A stretch of 60,111 bases of DNA. Origin: Collinsella sp. (GTDB lineage: Bacteria > Actinomycetota > Coriobacteriia > Coriobacteriales > Coriobacteriaceae). Every line of letters starts with the position of its first letter. Positions within the stretch are counted from its first letter, which is position 1. The stretch is from assembly GCA_048302525.1 (NCBI GenBank), contig DBFDDV010000107.1, positions 1-60,111 of the forward strand, read 5' to 3'. The notes beneath the pieces are model-generated. The model did not search any database. It worked only from the letters and a program-made list of their open reading frames with translations, and had not been told where the DNA came from. A program made the translations under genes and the position numbers. This document shows positions 49,373 through 58,142 of the stretch, piece by piece.

Positions 49373-51179
49373 AACCCTCATGGGCAGCATCCGCGACTAT
49401 ATGAAAGTCACCGTTGCCACGCCGTTGCTCGTACTTGGCGAGGTGCTCTGCGAGATGCTGATTCCATTTATCACCGCCAACCTGATCGACGCCATCAAAG
49501 ACGGCGCCACCGTAGCCGAGATGCTTCCCACCGCAGGCTTTTTGGTGCTCATCGCGCTGACGTCGCTTGCTTTCGGTGCCGCTGCCGGCGTCACCTGCAG
49601 CAATGCGAGTTGCGGCTTCGCCAAGAACCTGCGTCACGACCTGTTCTACAAGATCCAGACGTTCAGCTTTGCCAACATCGATGAGTTCTCGAGCTCCTCG
49701 CTCGTCACGCGCCTGACCACCGACATCAACAACGTGCAGCAGGCCTTTATGATGATCATCCGCATCGCCGTGCGCGCGCCGCTGGTATTGATCTTCGCCT
49801 TTACCATGGCATTTATCATGGGCGGCAGCGTTGCCATGGTCTACCTGGTCATCATTCCGCTGCTGGGCTTTGGACTGTTCTTTATCATCTTTAAGGTGCG
49901 CCCCATCTTCTCGCGCGTGTTCCACAAGTACGATGCCCTTAACGAGTCCGTCGAGGAAAACGTCACCGGCATGCGCGTGGTTAAGAGCTACGTGCGCGAA
50001 GACTTTGAGAAGGAGAAGTTCGCGACCGCTGCGCGCGACGTCCAGATGGACTTCACCCGCGCCGAGAAGCTGCTCGCCTTTAACAACCCCATGATGAATA
50101 TCTGCGTCAACGGCGCGTTTGTCGTCATCATCTACCTGGGCTCCAAGCTCATCATCACGAGCCAGGGCACGCTGTTCGACGTGGGCCAGCTCTCCTCGAT
50201 CTTTACCTATGGCTTCCAGATCCTCATGAGCCTGATGCAGCTGTCGATGATCTTTGTCATGGTGACCATGGCCGACGAATCGGCGCACCGCATTACCGAG
50301 GTGCTGGCCGCCGAGCCCACGATCGCCGATCCCGCTGAGCCCGTGCTCGAGGTTGCCGACGGCTCCATCGACTTTGACCACGTGAGCTTTAAGTATTCCG
50401 CGCATGCAAAGCGCCAGGCGCTCGACGATATCGACCTGCACATTAAGAGCGGCGAGACCATCGGCATCATCGGCGGCACCGGCTCGGCCAAGTCCACGCT
50501 TGTAAACCTCATCGCCCGTCTGTACGACACCACCGAGGGTACCGTGCGCGTGGGCGGCGTGGATGTGCGCGACTACGACTTGGACGCCCTGCGCCACCAG
50601 GTGGCCATGGTGCTGCAGAAAAACGTGCTGTTTAGCGGCACGATTGCCGAGAACCTGCGTTGGGGCGACCCGAACGCCACCGACGAGGAAGTCCGCGAGG
50701 CGGCACATCTGGCCTGCGCCGACGAGTTTGTCGACGGCTTCCCCAAGGGCTATGACACCTGGATCGAACAGGGCGGCTCCAATGTCTCCGGCGGTCAGAA
50801 GCAGCGTCTGTGCATTGCGCGTGCCCTGCTGCGTCGCCCCAAGATCTTGATCCTGGACGACTCCACCAGCGCCGTCGACACCAAGACCGACGCCAAGATC
50901 CGCGCGGGGCTGGCAAGCTATCTGCCCAACACGACCAAGCTCATCATCGCCCAGCGCATCAGCTCCGTGCAGGACGCCGATCGCATCATCGTCATGGAGG
51001 GTGGCCGCATCGCGCAGATCGGCAACCACGATGAGCTGCTTAAGACGAGTGAGATCTACCGCGAGACCTTTACCTCGCAAAGCAAGATGTCTGCCGAGGG
51101 CGAAGGGGCCGTCGAGACCGACACCGAGGCATCTGCAACGCAAGCTCAGACCCAGGAAGGAGGCGAGGCACATGAGTAA
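49365..51179 (+). CDS. Heterodimeric ABC exporter subunit 1 (non-canonical D/Q catalytic residues)
   Basis: TMD+NBD; GGTGSAKS, VSGGQKQRL, ILDDSTSAVD, IIAQR. Confidence 0.93.
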   Translation: MIKTLMGSIRDYMKVTVATPLLVLGEVLCEMLIPFITANLIDAIKDGATVAEMLPTAGFLVLIALTSLAFGAAAGVTCSNASCGFAKNLRHDLFYKIQTFSFANIDEFSSSSLVTRLTTDINNVQQAFMMIIRIAVRAPLVLIFAFTMAFIMGGSVAMVYLVIIPLLGFGLFFIIFKVRPIFSRVFHKYDALNESVEENVTGMRVVKSYVREDFEKEKFATAARDVQMDFTRAEKLLAFNNPMMNICVNGAFVVIIYLGSKLIITSQGTLFDVGQLSSIFTYGFQILMSLMQLSMIFVMVTMADESAHRITEVLAAEPTIADPAEPVLEVADGSIDFDHVSFKYSAHAKRQALDDIDLHIKSGETIGIIGGTGSAKSTLVNLIARLYDTTEGTVRVGGVDVRDYDLDALRHQVAMVLQKNVLFSGTIAENLRWGDPNATDEEVREAAHLACADEFVDGFPKGYDTWIEQGGSNVSGGQKQRLCIARALLRRPKILILDDSTSAVDTKTDAKIRAGLASYLPNTTKLIIAQRISSVQDADRIIVMEGGRIAQIGNHDELLKTSEIYRETFTSQSKMSAEGEGAVETDTEASATQAQTQEGGEAHE

Positions 51180-53091
51180 GGCAACGACCGCCGAGCGCGC
51201 GCTCAACCGCAAGGGCGGCACCATGTCGCGCCTCATCAAGACGCTCTTTGGCTTCTACCCCGTGCTTTTGCCCCTCGTCGTCGTCGGCGTGGTGCTCTGC
51301 GCCATCATCAACTCCATCGGCGCGACCTTCCTTCAGAGCGCCCTGCAGATTATTAGCGAGTCGTGGCAGTCGGGCGATTGGACGACCGCGCAGCCCAAAA
51401 TTCTGAAGCTTGTGACCACCCTCGCCTGCATCTACGGCGTCGGCATCCTGTCCTCACTCTTCTGGAACCGCGCCATGGCCATCGTTACGCAGGGCTCGCT
51501 CGAGAAGCTGCGCGAGAAGATGTTCAACCGCATGCAGGACCTGCCGATTCGCTACTTCGACACGCACCAGCGCGGCGACATCATGAGCCACTACACCAAC
51601 GACATCGACACGCTGCGCCAGATGATCAGCCAGTCGCTGCCCAACCTGCTCATGACGACCATCGTCATCGTCACGGTGTTCTTTATCATGCTGTACTACA
51701 GCGTGTGGATGTGCCTGGTCATTGTGGCCGGCGTCGCCTTTATGACCTTTATGACCAAGCTGCTCGGCTCCAACTCCGCGCGCTTCTTCATTGCGCAGCA
51801 GACCGAACTCGGCGTGGTCGAGGGCCATATCGAGGAAGTCATGAACGGCCAGAAGGTCGTCAAGGCATTCTGCCACGAGTCTGCCGCCGAAGCCGATTTT
51901 GACGAGCGCAACGAAAAGCTCTTCGAGGTCTCGCAGAAGGCCAACATGTACGCCAACATCCTCATGCCTATCCTTATGAACCTGGGCAACCTGCTCTACG
52001 TGCTGGTCGCACTGGCGGGCGGCATTTTCCTGGCGCTGGGCGTGCCTAACCTGAGCATCTCGGGCATGACGCTGTCCATCGCCGTCGTAGTGCCGTTCCT
52101 CAACATGACCAAGCAGTTCTGCGGGCAGATCGGCCAAATCTCGCAGCAGATCAACGCCGTGGTCATGGGCCTCGCCGGCGCCGACCGCATCTTTGAACTC
52201 ATCGACGAGAAGCCCGAAGCCGACGAAGGCTATGTGACGCTCGTCAACGCGCAGGTGAACCCCGATACCTGGCAGCTCGAGGAGGCCGACCACCACACCG
52301 GCATGTGGGCATGGAAGCATCCGCACCGCGCGACCGGCGAGATCGAGTACGTGCCGCTGCGCGGCGACCTGGTCATGGACAACGTGGACTTTGGCTACAC
52401 GCCCGACCACGAGGTGCTGCACGGCGTGTCCGTGTTTGCCAAGCCGGGCCAGAAGGTCGCGTTTGTCGGCGCCACCGGTGCCGGTAAGACGACCATCACC
52501 AACCTCATCAACCGCTTCTACGACATCGCCGACGGCAAGATCCGCTACGACGGCATCAACGTCAACAAGATCCGCAAGGCCGATCTGCGCCGCTCGCTGG
52601 GCGTGGTGCTGCAGGACGTGAACCTGTTCACCGGCACCGTGATGGACAACATCCGCTACGGCAACTTGGACGCCACCGACGAGGAGTGCATCGCGGCGGC
52701 CAAGCTCGCGGGCGCGGACGACTTTATCACCCGCCTGCCCGACGGCTACGACACCATGCTCACCGGCAACGGCGCGCAGCTGTCGCAGGGCCAGCGCCAG
52801 CTGATTTCGATCGCACGCGCCGCCGTCGCCGATCCGCCGGCAATGATTCTGGACGAGGCCACGAGCTCCATCGACACCCGCACCGAGGCCATCGTGCAGG
52901 CCGGCATGGATAAGCTCATGGAGGGCCGCACGACGTTTGTCATCGCGCACCGCCTCTCCACCGTGCGCAACTCCGACGCGATTATCTGCCTGGACCACGG
53001 CCGCATCATCGAGCGCGGCAACCACGACGAGCTTATCGCCAAGCGCGGGTATTACTACCAGCTCTATACCGGAGCGTTTGAGCTGGAGTAG
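51172..53091 (+). CDS. Heterodimeric ABC exporter subunit 2 (consensus E/H)
   Basis: TMD+NBD; GATGAGKT, LSQGQRQL, ILDEATSS, IAHRLST; TM287/288-like pairing. Confidence 0.93.
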   Translation: MSKATTAERALNRKGGTMSRLIKTLFGFYPVLLPLVVVGVVLCAIINSIGATFLQSALQIISESWQSGDWTTAQPKILKLVTTLACIYGVGILSSLFWNRAMAIVTQGSLEKLREKMFNRMQDLPIRYFDTHQRGDIMSHYTNDIDTLRQMISQSLPNLLMTTIVIVTVFFIMLYYSVWMCLVIVAGVAFMTFMTKLLGSNSARFFIAQQTELGVVEGHIEEVMNGQKVVKAFCHESAAEADFDERNEKLFEVSQKANMYANILMPILMNLGNLLYVLVALAGGIFLALGVPNLSISGMTLSIAVVVPFLNMTKQFCGQIGQISQQINAVVMGLAGADRIFELIDEKPEADEGYVTLVNAQVNPDTWQLEEADHHTGMWAWKHPHRATGEIEYVPLRGDLVMDNVDFGYTPDHEVLHGVSVFAKPGQKVAFVGATGAGKTTITNLINRFYDIADGKIRYDGINVNKIRKADLRRSLGVVLQDVNLFTGTVMDNIRYGNLDATDEECIAAAKLAGADDFITRLPDGYDTMLTGNGAQLSQGQRQLISIARAAVADPPAMILDEATSSIDTRTEAIVQAGMDKLMEGRTTFVIAHRLSTVRNSDAIICLDHGRIIERGNHDELIAKRGYYYQLYTGAFELE

Positions 53092-53097
53092 TTCGGC

Positions 53098-53189
53098 TCG
53101 CCGAGATGGCCGATTTGCCGCTCATTCGTCGGGCATGACCCTAAGGTCAATGCCCTCCTCTTTCGGGGCAAATCGACTCATCTCAGCGA
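53098..53189. repeat. Hairpin-family B long palindrome
   Basis: TCGCCGAGATG/CATCTCAGCGA and CGATTTGCC/GGCAAATCG stems; apex GGGCAT-GACC-CTAA-GGTC-A-ATGCCC. Confidence 0.75.
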
Positions 53190-53215
53190 CCCAAACACAA
53201 TGCGCCGCAACGAAT

Positions 53216-53252
53216 AAAGCCTCCGCAGCCACACGAGCTGCGGAGGCTTTTT
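53216..53252 (+). terminator. Intrinsic terminator of MarR-ABC operon
   Basis: AAAGCCTCCGCAGC-N7-GCTGCGGAGGCTTTTT. Confidence 0.85.
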
Positions 53253-53261
53253 CATGCCGGC

Positions 53262-53433
53262 CGGAAACCGTATCCCACTTTTCGGGCCCAAAATGGGATG
53301 CCGTTTCCCGCTGGACCCCCTCCGGGAAACGGCATCCCATTTCAAGGGGGTAAACCGGGATGTGATTTCCCCTAACGGCACCTTTGGGAAGCCGCATCCC
53401 ACTCTAGACGCACAAAACGGGATGAGCTTTCCC
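53262..53433. repeat. Array of six alternating 16-bp inverted units, exact 62-bp period
   Basis: Forward units at 53262, 53324, 53386; reverse units at 53294, 53356, 53418; consensus GGGAAACNGCATCCCA. Confidence 0.9.
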
Positions 53434-53623
53434 ATGGTGATCCAAGACCAGAAGCATGTCCGATAGCGCGGCCAGGTCAAGAACAACAAGGCAAGCGTCA
53501 CGCCAATTTGGACGAGCGTCTGCTGCAGTTTGAGGCTGCTGGCCCATATGGTAGAGTTAACCACCCATGAATTTCAGCACACTGCGTGCTACCTGTTCTT
53601 TTGTCATTTAGGGGAGTGAACTT

Positions 53624-54715
53624 GTGAATACTTCTGTCGCCAAGAAGGCCGGCCAGGCGGTGCGCCTGCTCATGATGGTGCTCACGGCAGTTCTCATCTT
53701 CTTCTTCATCAATGTTATGCTGCTCGTCTCCGATATCCAGGGCACGGCGCGTGTGGTCAACTACGCCGGTCTGGTGCGCGGTACCACGCAGCGAATCGTT
53801 AAGCTCGAGGATGCGGGCCAGCCTCAAGATGACCTGCTCAAAGCCGTGGATTCATACATCAACGGTTTGCGTTACGGAAGTGACGACCTCAACCTCGTCC
53901 GTCTCGACGACGATGAGTATCAGGCAAAAATGACCGAGCTTGCAAATTATTTTGATGAGCTTTGCACCGAGATCATCCGCGTGCGCGAAGTCGGCTATGA
54001 GAACACCGACATCATCTCCATGAGCGAGGAGTTCTTTGGCATTTGCGACGATGCTACGCGACTCGCAGAGGACTACTCTCAGGAGAAGGCGTCGGCGCTC
54101 AACTATCTCGAGGGCTTGGTGATCATCGACATCGTGGGCTTGGTGGCGACCTTTGCGGTCGAACTCGTTCGCGCGGTGCGCACCGCCGCGCTCAATCGCG
54201 AACTGCAGAGCAAAGTCTATCTCGACGAAGCCACGGGGCTGCCCAACAAGAACAAGTGCGAGGAGATCTTGGGGCAGGAGCAGCCTGTCTCCGCGGAGGA
54301 GCCCGTTGCGGTGTGCGTCTTCGACCTTAACAATCTGCATATGGTCAATAACAACTTCGGCCATGAGAAGGGCGATGAATACATTCGCTCTTTTGCCCAA
54401 CAACTGGGAAGTGTGGCGTCGGAGACGTGCTTTGTGGGTCGCGACGGCGGCGATGAGTTTATCGCGGTGCTGCGGGATGCCGACCGAGCCGCTGTGGAAT
54501 CTTGTCTCGCTCGGATTCGCGCGAACGTGAACGAGTATTCCGAAGTCCACCCCGATATGCCCATCAGCTACGCGGTGGGCTATGCGCTTTCCAGCGATTT
54601 TGACGAGCCGCCTACCATGCGCGAACTCTTTTCCCAGGCCGACAAGAACATGTACGTCGATAAGAACCGCGTAAAGACAGCCGAGGCAGCCGGGCCGCAA
54701 CGCGAGGACCGCTAA
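53624..54715 (+). CDS. Membrane-anchored GGDEF protein with NarX/PilJ-like sensor
   Basis: TM-ARVVNYAGLVRGTTQR-TM; DEATGLPN, FDLNNL, FGHEKGD, GRDGGDEF, ADKNMY. Confidence 0.88.
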   Translation: MNTSVAKKAGQAVRLLMMVLTAVLIFFFINVMLLVSDIQGTARVVNYAGLVRGTTQRIVKLEDAGQPQDDLLKAVDSYINGLRYGSDDLNLVRLDDDEYQAKMTELANYFDELCTEIIRVREVGYENTDIISMSEEFFGICDDATRLAEDYSQEKASALNYLEGLVIIDIVGLVATFAVELVRAVRTAALNRELQSKVYLDEATGLPNKNKCEEILGQEQPVSAEEPVAVCVFDLNNLHMVNNNFGHEKGDEYIRSFAQQLGSVASETCFVGRDGGDEFIAVLRDADRAAVESCLARIRANVNEYSEVHPDMPISYAVGYALSSDFDEPPTMRELFSQADKNMYVDKNRVKTAEAAGPQREDR

Positions 54716-54728
54716 ACCCGTAGCAAAG

Positions 54729-54763
54729 GGTAGCTAATTTGGGACGGGACTCTTTTGGCTACT
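54729..54763. repeat. REP-like palindrome, GGGACG-loop type, containing LysR stop
   Basis: GGTAGCTAA-TT-TGGGACGGGACTC-TT-TTGGCTACT. Confidence 0.55.
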
Positions 54764-55637
54764 TGAGGAGTTGGGCCATGGCGTTGACGAATTTTTGTAC
54801 TTGGAGGGTTGGCTCGAGCGGATAGTGCAAAAAGACCGGCACCTCTCGCCCGCACAGGAACGGCACGCCCACAAAGGCCGGGTGCACCCCTGACCATGCG
54901 CCACAGGTGAGTACCGCATCGCCCTTTTCCTCCGCCTCGTTAAAGAGCGCAAAGTCAAAGCTATCCACATCGATCACGTCCACGCCGCCGTCGGCCAAAA
55001 GGTCGATGCGTAGGCTGTCCATCGCATCGTTGCCGTGACGGAGCACGCGCAGGCGCATGCCCTCTAGGTCGGCAACCGTAATGCGATTCTTGCGCGCCAG
55101 CGGGCTCGCGCGCGGCAGGTCGATATAAAACGGTACGTTAACGATGTGGAGCTTTTGGCAAGCGTCGCCCCAGCGTGGGGTAGAAAAACTCGACTGCACC
55201 ACATCGACCTCGCGGCCCAAGCTGCGCATGACGGTCTCGCGCTCGTCGTAGAGGTCACTTACCGGCACGATCTCAAATCGTAGCGACGGTTCCAGATCGT
55301 GGATGCCCGACCACATCGACAGCGTCTGGCGTCCTGGGCACATCATTGACACGCCCAGGCGCACGGCACCACCATCGCCCGCCGCGCGTCGGGCACGGCG
55401 CAGCGCGTCCTCGGACTGCCGCATGATCGAGCGCGCGTCGTCCACCAGCAGTGCGCCGGCCGGCGTCACCTTGACGCCCGAGTGCGAGCGCTCGAACAAC
55501 GTGATGCCGAACTCGGCCTCGAAGCCCGACACCTGCTTGACGAGCGCCGGGGTCGACACGCGCAATTTTGCCGCCGCACGCGAGAAGCTTCCCAGCTCCG
55601 CGGCGGCCGATATGGCCTCGAGTCGTCGATCGTACAC
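54759..55637 (-). CDS. LysR-family transcriptional regulator
   Basis: GSFSRAAAKLRVSTPALVKQVSGFEAEFGITLFERSHSGVKVTPAG; GTG 55637 with GGGAG SD; divergent from SDR operon. Confidence 0.9.
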   Translation of the reverse strand: MYDRRLEAISAAAELGSFSRAAAKLRVSTPALVKQVSGFEAEFGITLFERSHSGVKVTPAGALLVDDARSIMRQSEDALRRARRAAGDGGAVRLGVSMMCPGRQTLSMWSGIHDLEPSLRFEIVPVSDLYDERETVMRSLGREVDVVQSSFSTPRWGDACQKLHIVNVPFYIDLPRASPLARKNRITVADLEGMRLRVLRHGNDAMDSLRIDLLADGGVDVIDVDSFDFALFNEAEEKGDAVLTCGAWSGVHPAFVGVPFLCGREVPVFLHYPLEPTLQVQKFVNAMAQLLK

Positions 55638-55869
55638 GTCAATCTCCCGTTTCCAGACGCATGGCAATGAACTGCCGAAGGGGTCGTTTTGGCAGGTCAC
55701 GCGCTCAATTGAGAAAAAACTGCATCGCACAGTATAAACCTACGGTTAACGCCATTCTAACAAATATGCAATTCACCTGCGCAAATGCAAAGCATACGAT
55801 AACCAGCGAAAACCACGTGGGTCGGTTAATGGGAGCGACCCACCGGGAGGCACAAGAAGGGAAGTTCCT

Positions 55870-56751
55870 ATGAGCAATTGGCTTAAGCTCGAGGGCGATG
55901 TCTGCGCCGTAACCGGCGCACTCGGCGGTATGGGCGTCGAGATTTGCCGCGAGTTCGCCCGCAATGGCGCCAACGTCGTTCTGCTCGACCTGGACGAAGA
56001 GAAGGTCAAGGCCGCAGCCGCCGACCTCGCCGCCGAGTTTGGCATCCACGCCGAGGGCTACAAGATGAACGCCACCGACGAGGCCGAGGTTCAGGCCGCC
56101 GTCGATGCCACCATCGCCGACTTCGGCCGCGTCGACGTCCTTGTCAACACCGCCGGCATCCTGCGCTTTGCCGCTATGGAAGACCTGCCGCTGAGCGACT
56201 GGGAGCAGGTGCTCAACGTCAACCTCACCGGCTACTTCATCACCTCGCAGCGCTTTGGTCGCGAAATGATCAAGGCCGGCCAGGGTCGCCTGGTGCACAT
56301 CTCGACCGTTGCCAGCCACTCCCCCGAGACGTTCTCGGGCGTGTACAGCTCCACCAAGGCGGGCGTCAACATGATGTCCAAGATGCTCGCCGCCGAATGG
56401 GGTCCCTACGGCGTGCGCTCCAACTGCGTCGAGCCCTGCTTCGTTAAGACCCCGATGTCGGCCAACTTCTACGCCGACCCCGAGGTCGAAAAGAGCCGCA
56501 GCCGTCTGATCGCCACGCGCCGCATCGGCGAGGTCAGCGATATCGCCAACGCCGTCATGTTCCTGGCGTCCAAGCGCTCGGACTTTACCACCGGCGACGC
56601 CATCAAGGTCGACGGCGGCTTCTCCAACATGATGGGCGACCTCACCGCCAAGCCCGGCGGCCGTCGCGCCTATGCCGACAACTACCTTAAGAACAAGGGT
56701 GTCGAGCTTTGGTCCGATGAGTCCGGCGTCGCCAAGCCGACTGACCAGTAA
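55870..56751 (+). CDS. Short-chain dehydrogenase/reductase, probably NAD(H)-dependent
   Basis: TGALGGMG, LLD acidic residue after second strand, VNTAG, YSSTK, VDGG. Confidence 0.92.
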   Translation: MSNWLKLEGDVCAVTGALGGMGVEICREFARNGANVVLLDLDEEKVKAAAADLAAEFGIHAEGYKMNATDEAEVQAAVDATIADFGRVDVLVNTAGILRFAAMEDLPLSDWEQVLNVNLTGYFITSQRFGREMIKAGQGRLVHISTVASHSPETFSGVYSSTKAGVNMMSKMLAAEWGPYGVRSNCVEPCFVKTPMSANFYADPEVEKSRSRLIATRRIGEVSDIANAVMFLASKRSDFTTGDAIKVDGGFSNMMGDLTAKPGGRRAYADNYLKNKGVELWSDESGVAKPTDQ

Positions 56752-56816
56752 ACCAACCTAACAGGGAGGCCCGCGGACACGCCCGCTCCTCCCCCGCATC
56801 GATTAGAAAGAGTCCA

Positions 56817-58073
56817 ATGGCTTCCACCAACTCCAACAAGGGTCGCGCCGTCGTGCTTTCCGCCGCGTGCGTCACCATGTTCTTCATCAGCTCCATCGCG
56901 CTGTATTCCGTCGTGAGCAAGAACCTGCTCGCCGTCTACCCCGAGTGGTCCAGCGCTCTTACCTGGGCCTTCCCGGTCTTTCAGACCATCATGGCTGTGA
57001 CGGGCATCTTCGCCGGCCGCATCTCCGATAAGATCGGCCCGCGCAACGTCGTGATCGCCGCCGCCGTGTGCTACGGCGTGGGCTGGTTCATGTCCGGCAC
57101 CGTCACCGAGCCGTGGCAGTTCTACCTGTGGTTCTCGCTCGTCGCCGCCATCGGCAACGGCCTGGGCTACAACCCGGCGCTCACCACCGGCCAAAAGTGG
57201 TTCATCGACAAGAAGGGCCTCGCCTCCGGCATCACCCTGGCCGCTTCGACCGCCGGCCCCGCCGTGCTGTCCCCAGTGCTCGCCTCGCTGCTCATCCCGA
57301 GCCTGGGCATCTTTGGCGCCCTTAAGGCGCTCGGCGTCATCTTCTTTGTGATGATCGCCGCCTCCGCCCTGTTCCTGAAGGCCCCCGAGGCCGGTTGGCT
57401 GCCCGAGGGCTTCGAGGCCCCCAAGGGCGGCGCGCATGCCGGCACCTTCGGCGACCTCACCCCGGGCGAGATGGTCAAGACCCCGCGCTTCTGGGTCCTC
57501 ATCGTCACCTTCGCCTTTGCCGCCACCGCGGGCACCCTGCTCGTGGGCAAGGTTGCCTCCATCGCCGCCGTCCAGCTCTTCGCCGACCCCACGAGCGCCG
57601 CGGCCGTCGCCCTCGGCGGTGTGGTGGTCTCCGTCAACACCTGCGCCAACCTGGTTGGCCGTCTGTCCTTTGGCCAGATCATCGACAAGCTCGGCGCCTA
57701 TAAGTCGCTGCTCATCAGCCTTGTCGTCACCATCGTCGCACTCGTCATCATGTCGATGAGCTTTACGCAGGGCATGTTCTTTGTGGCGCTCGCCCTGCTC
57801 GGCTTTAGCTTTGGCGCCCTGCTCGTCATCTACCCGCCGCTCACCGGTGGCGCCTTCGGCACCAGCAACATCGGCGTCAACTACGGCATCATGTTTTTGG
57901 GCTATGCCGCTTCCACCTGGATCAGCCAGCCCATCACCGCCGTGCTGTATCACGCCGAGGCCGGCAGCGCCGCCTACCAGCAGTCCTTCTACGGCGCTAT
58001 TGTGATCGCCGCCATCGCCGTCGTGCTCACCGTCTACATGATGGTCTCCGACAGCAAGAAGAAGTCCGCCTAG
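56817..58073 (+). CDS. MFS transporter, OFA (oxalate/formate antiporter-like) family
   Basis: GRISDKIGPR, KWFIDKKGLASG, GRLSFGQIIDKLG, FGTSNIGVNYG. Confidence 0.88.
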   Translation: MASTNSNKGRAVVLSAACVTMFFISSIALYSVVSKNLLAVYPEWSSALTWAFPVFQTIMAVTGIFAGRISDKIGPRNVVIAAAVCYGVGWFMSGTVTEPWQFYLWFSLVAAIGNGLGYNPALTTGQKWFIDKKGLASGITLAASTAGPAVLSPVLASLLIPSLGIFGALKALGVIFFVMIAASALFLKAPEAGWLPEGFEAPKGGAHAGTFGDLTPGEMVKTPRFWVLIVTFAFAATAGTLLVGKVASIAAVQLFADPTSAAAVALGGVVVSVNTCANLVGRLSFGQIIDKLGAYKSLLISLVVTIVALVIMSMSFTQGMFFVALALLGFSFGALLVIYPPLTGGAFGTSNIGVNYGIMFLGYAASTWISQPITAVLYHAEAGSAAYQQSFYGAIVIAAIAVVLTVYMMVSDSKKKSA

Positions 58074-58081
58074 TTTTACCG

Positions 58082-58112
58082 ATGCGACAAAGGGACAGCC
58101 CCTTTGTCGCAT
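58082..58112. repeat. Family-A REP-like palindrome
   Basis: ATGCGACAAAGGG-ACAGC-CCCTTTGTCGCAT (compensatory T:A to C:G). Confidence 0.9.
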
Positions 58113-58142
58113 TCCACTGGTCACCAGTATTAAGGAGTCGAA

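Noticed and set aside
55731..55750. LysR binding site AACC-TAC-GGTT
   Set aside because: Dyad is short and does not fit T-N11-A cleanly
55870..56751. Calling the SDR a bile-acid hydroxysteroid dehydrogenase
   Set aside because: Only generic SDR motifs are visible; no basis for substrate assignment without a search
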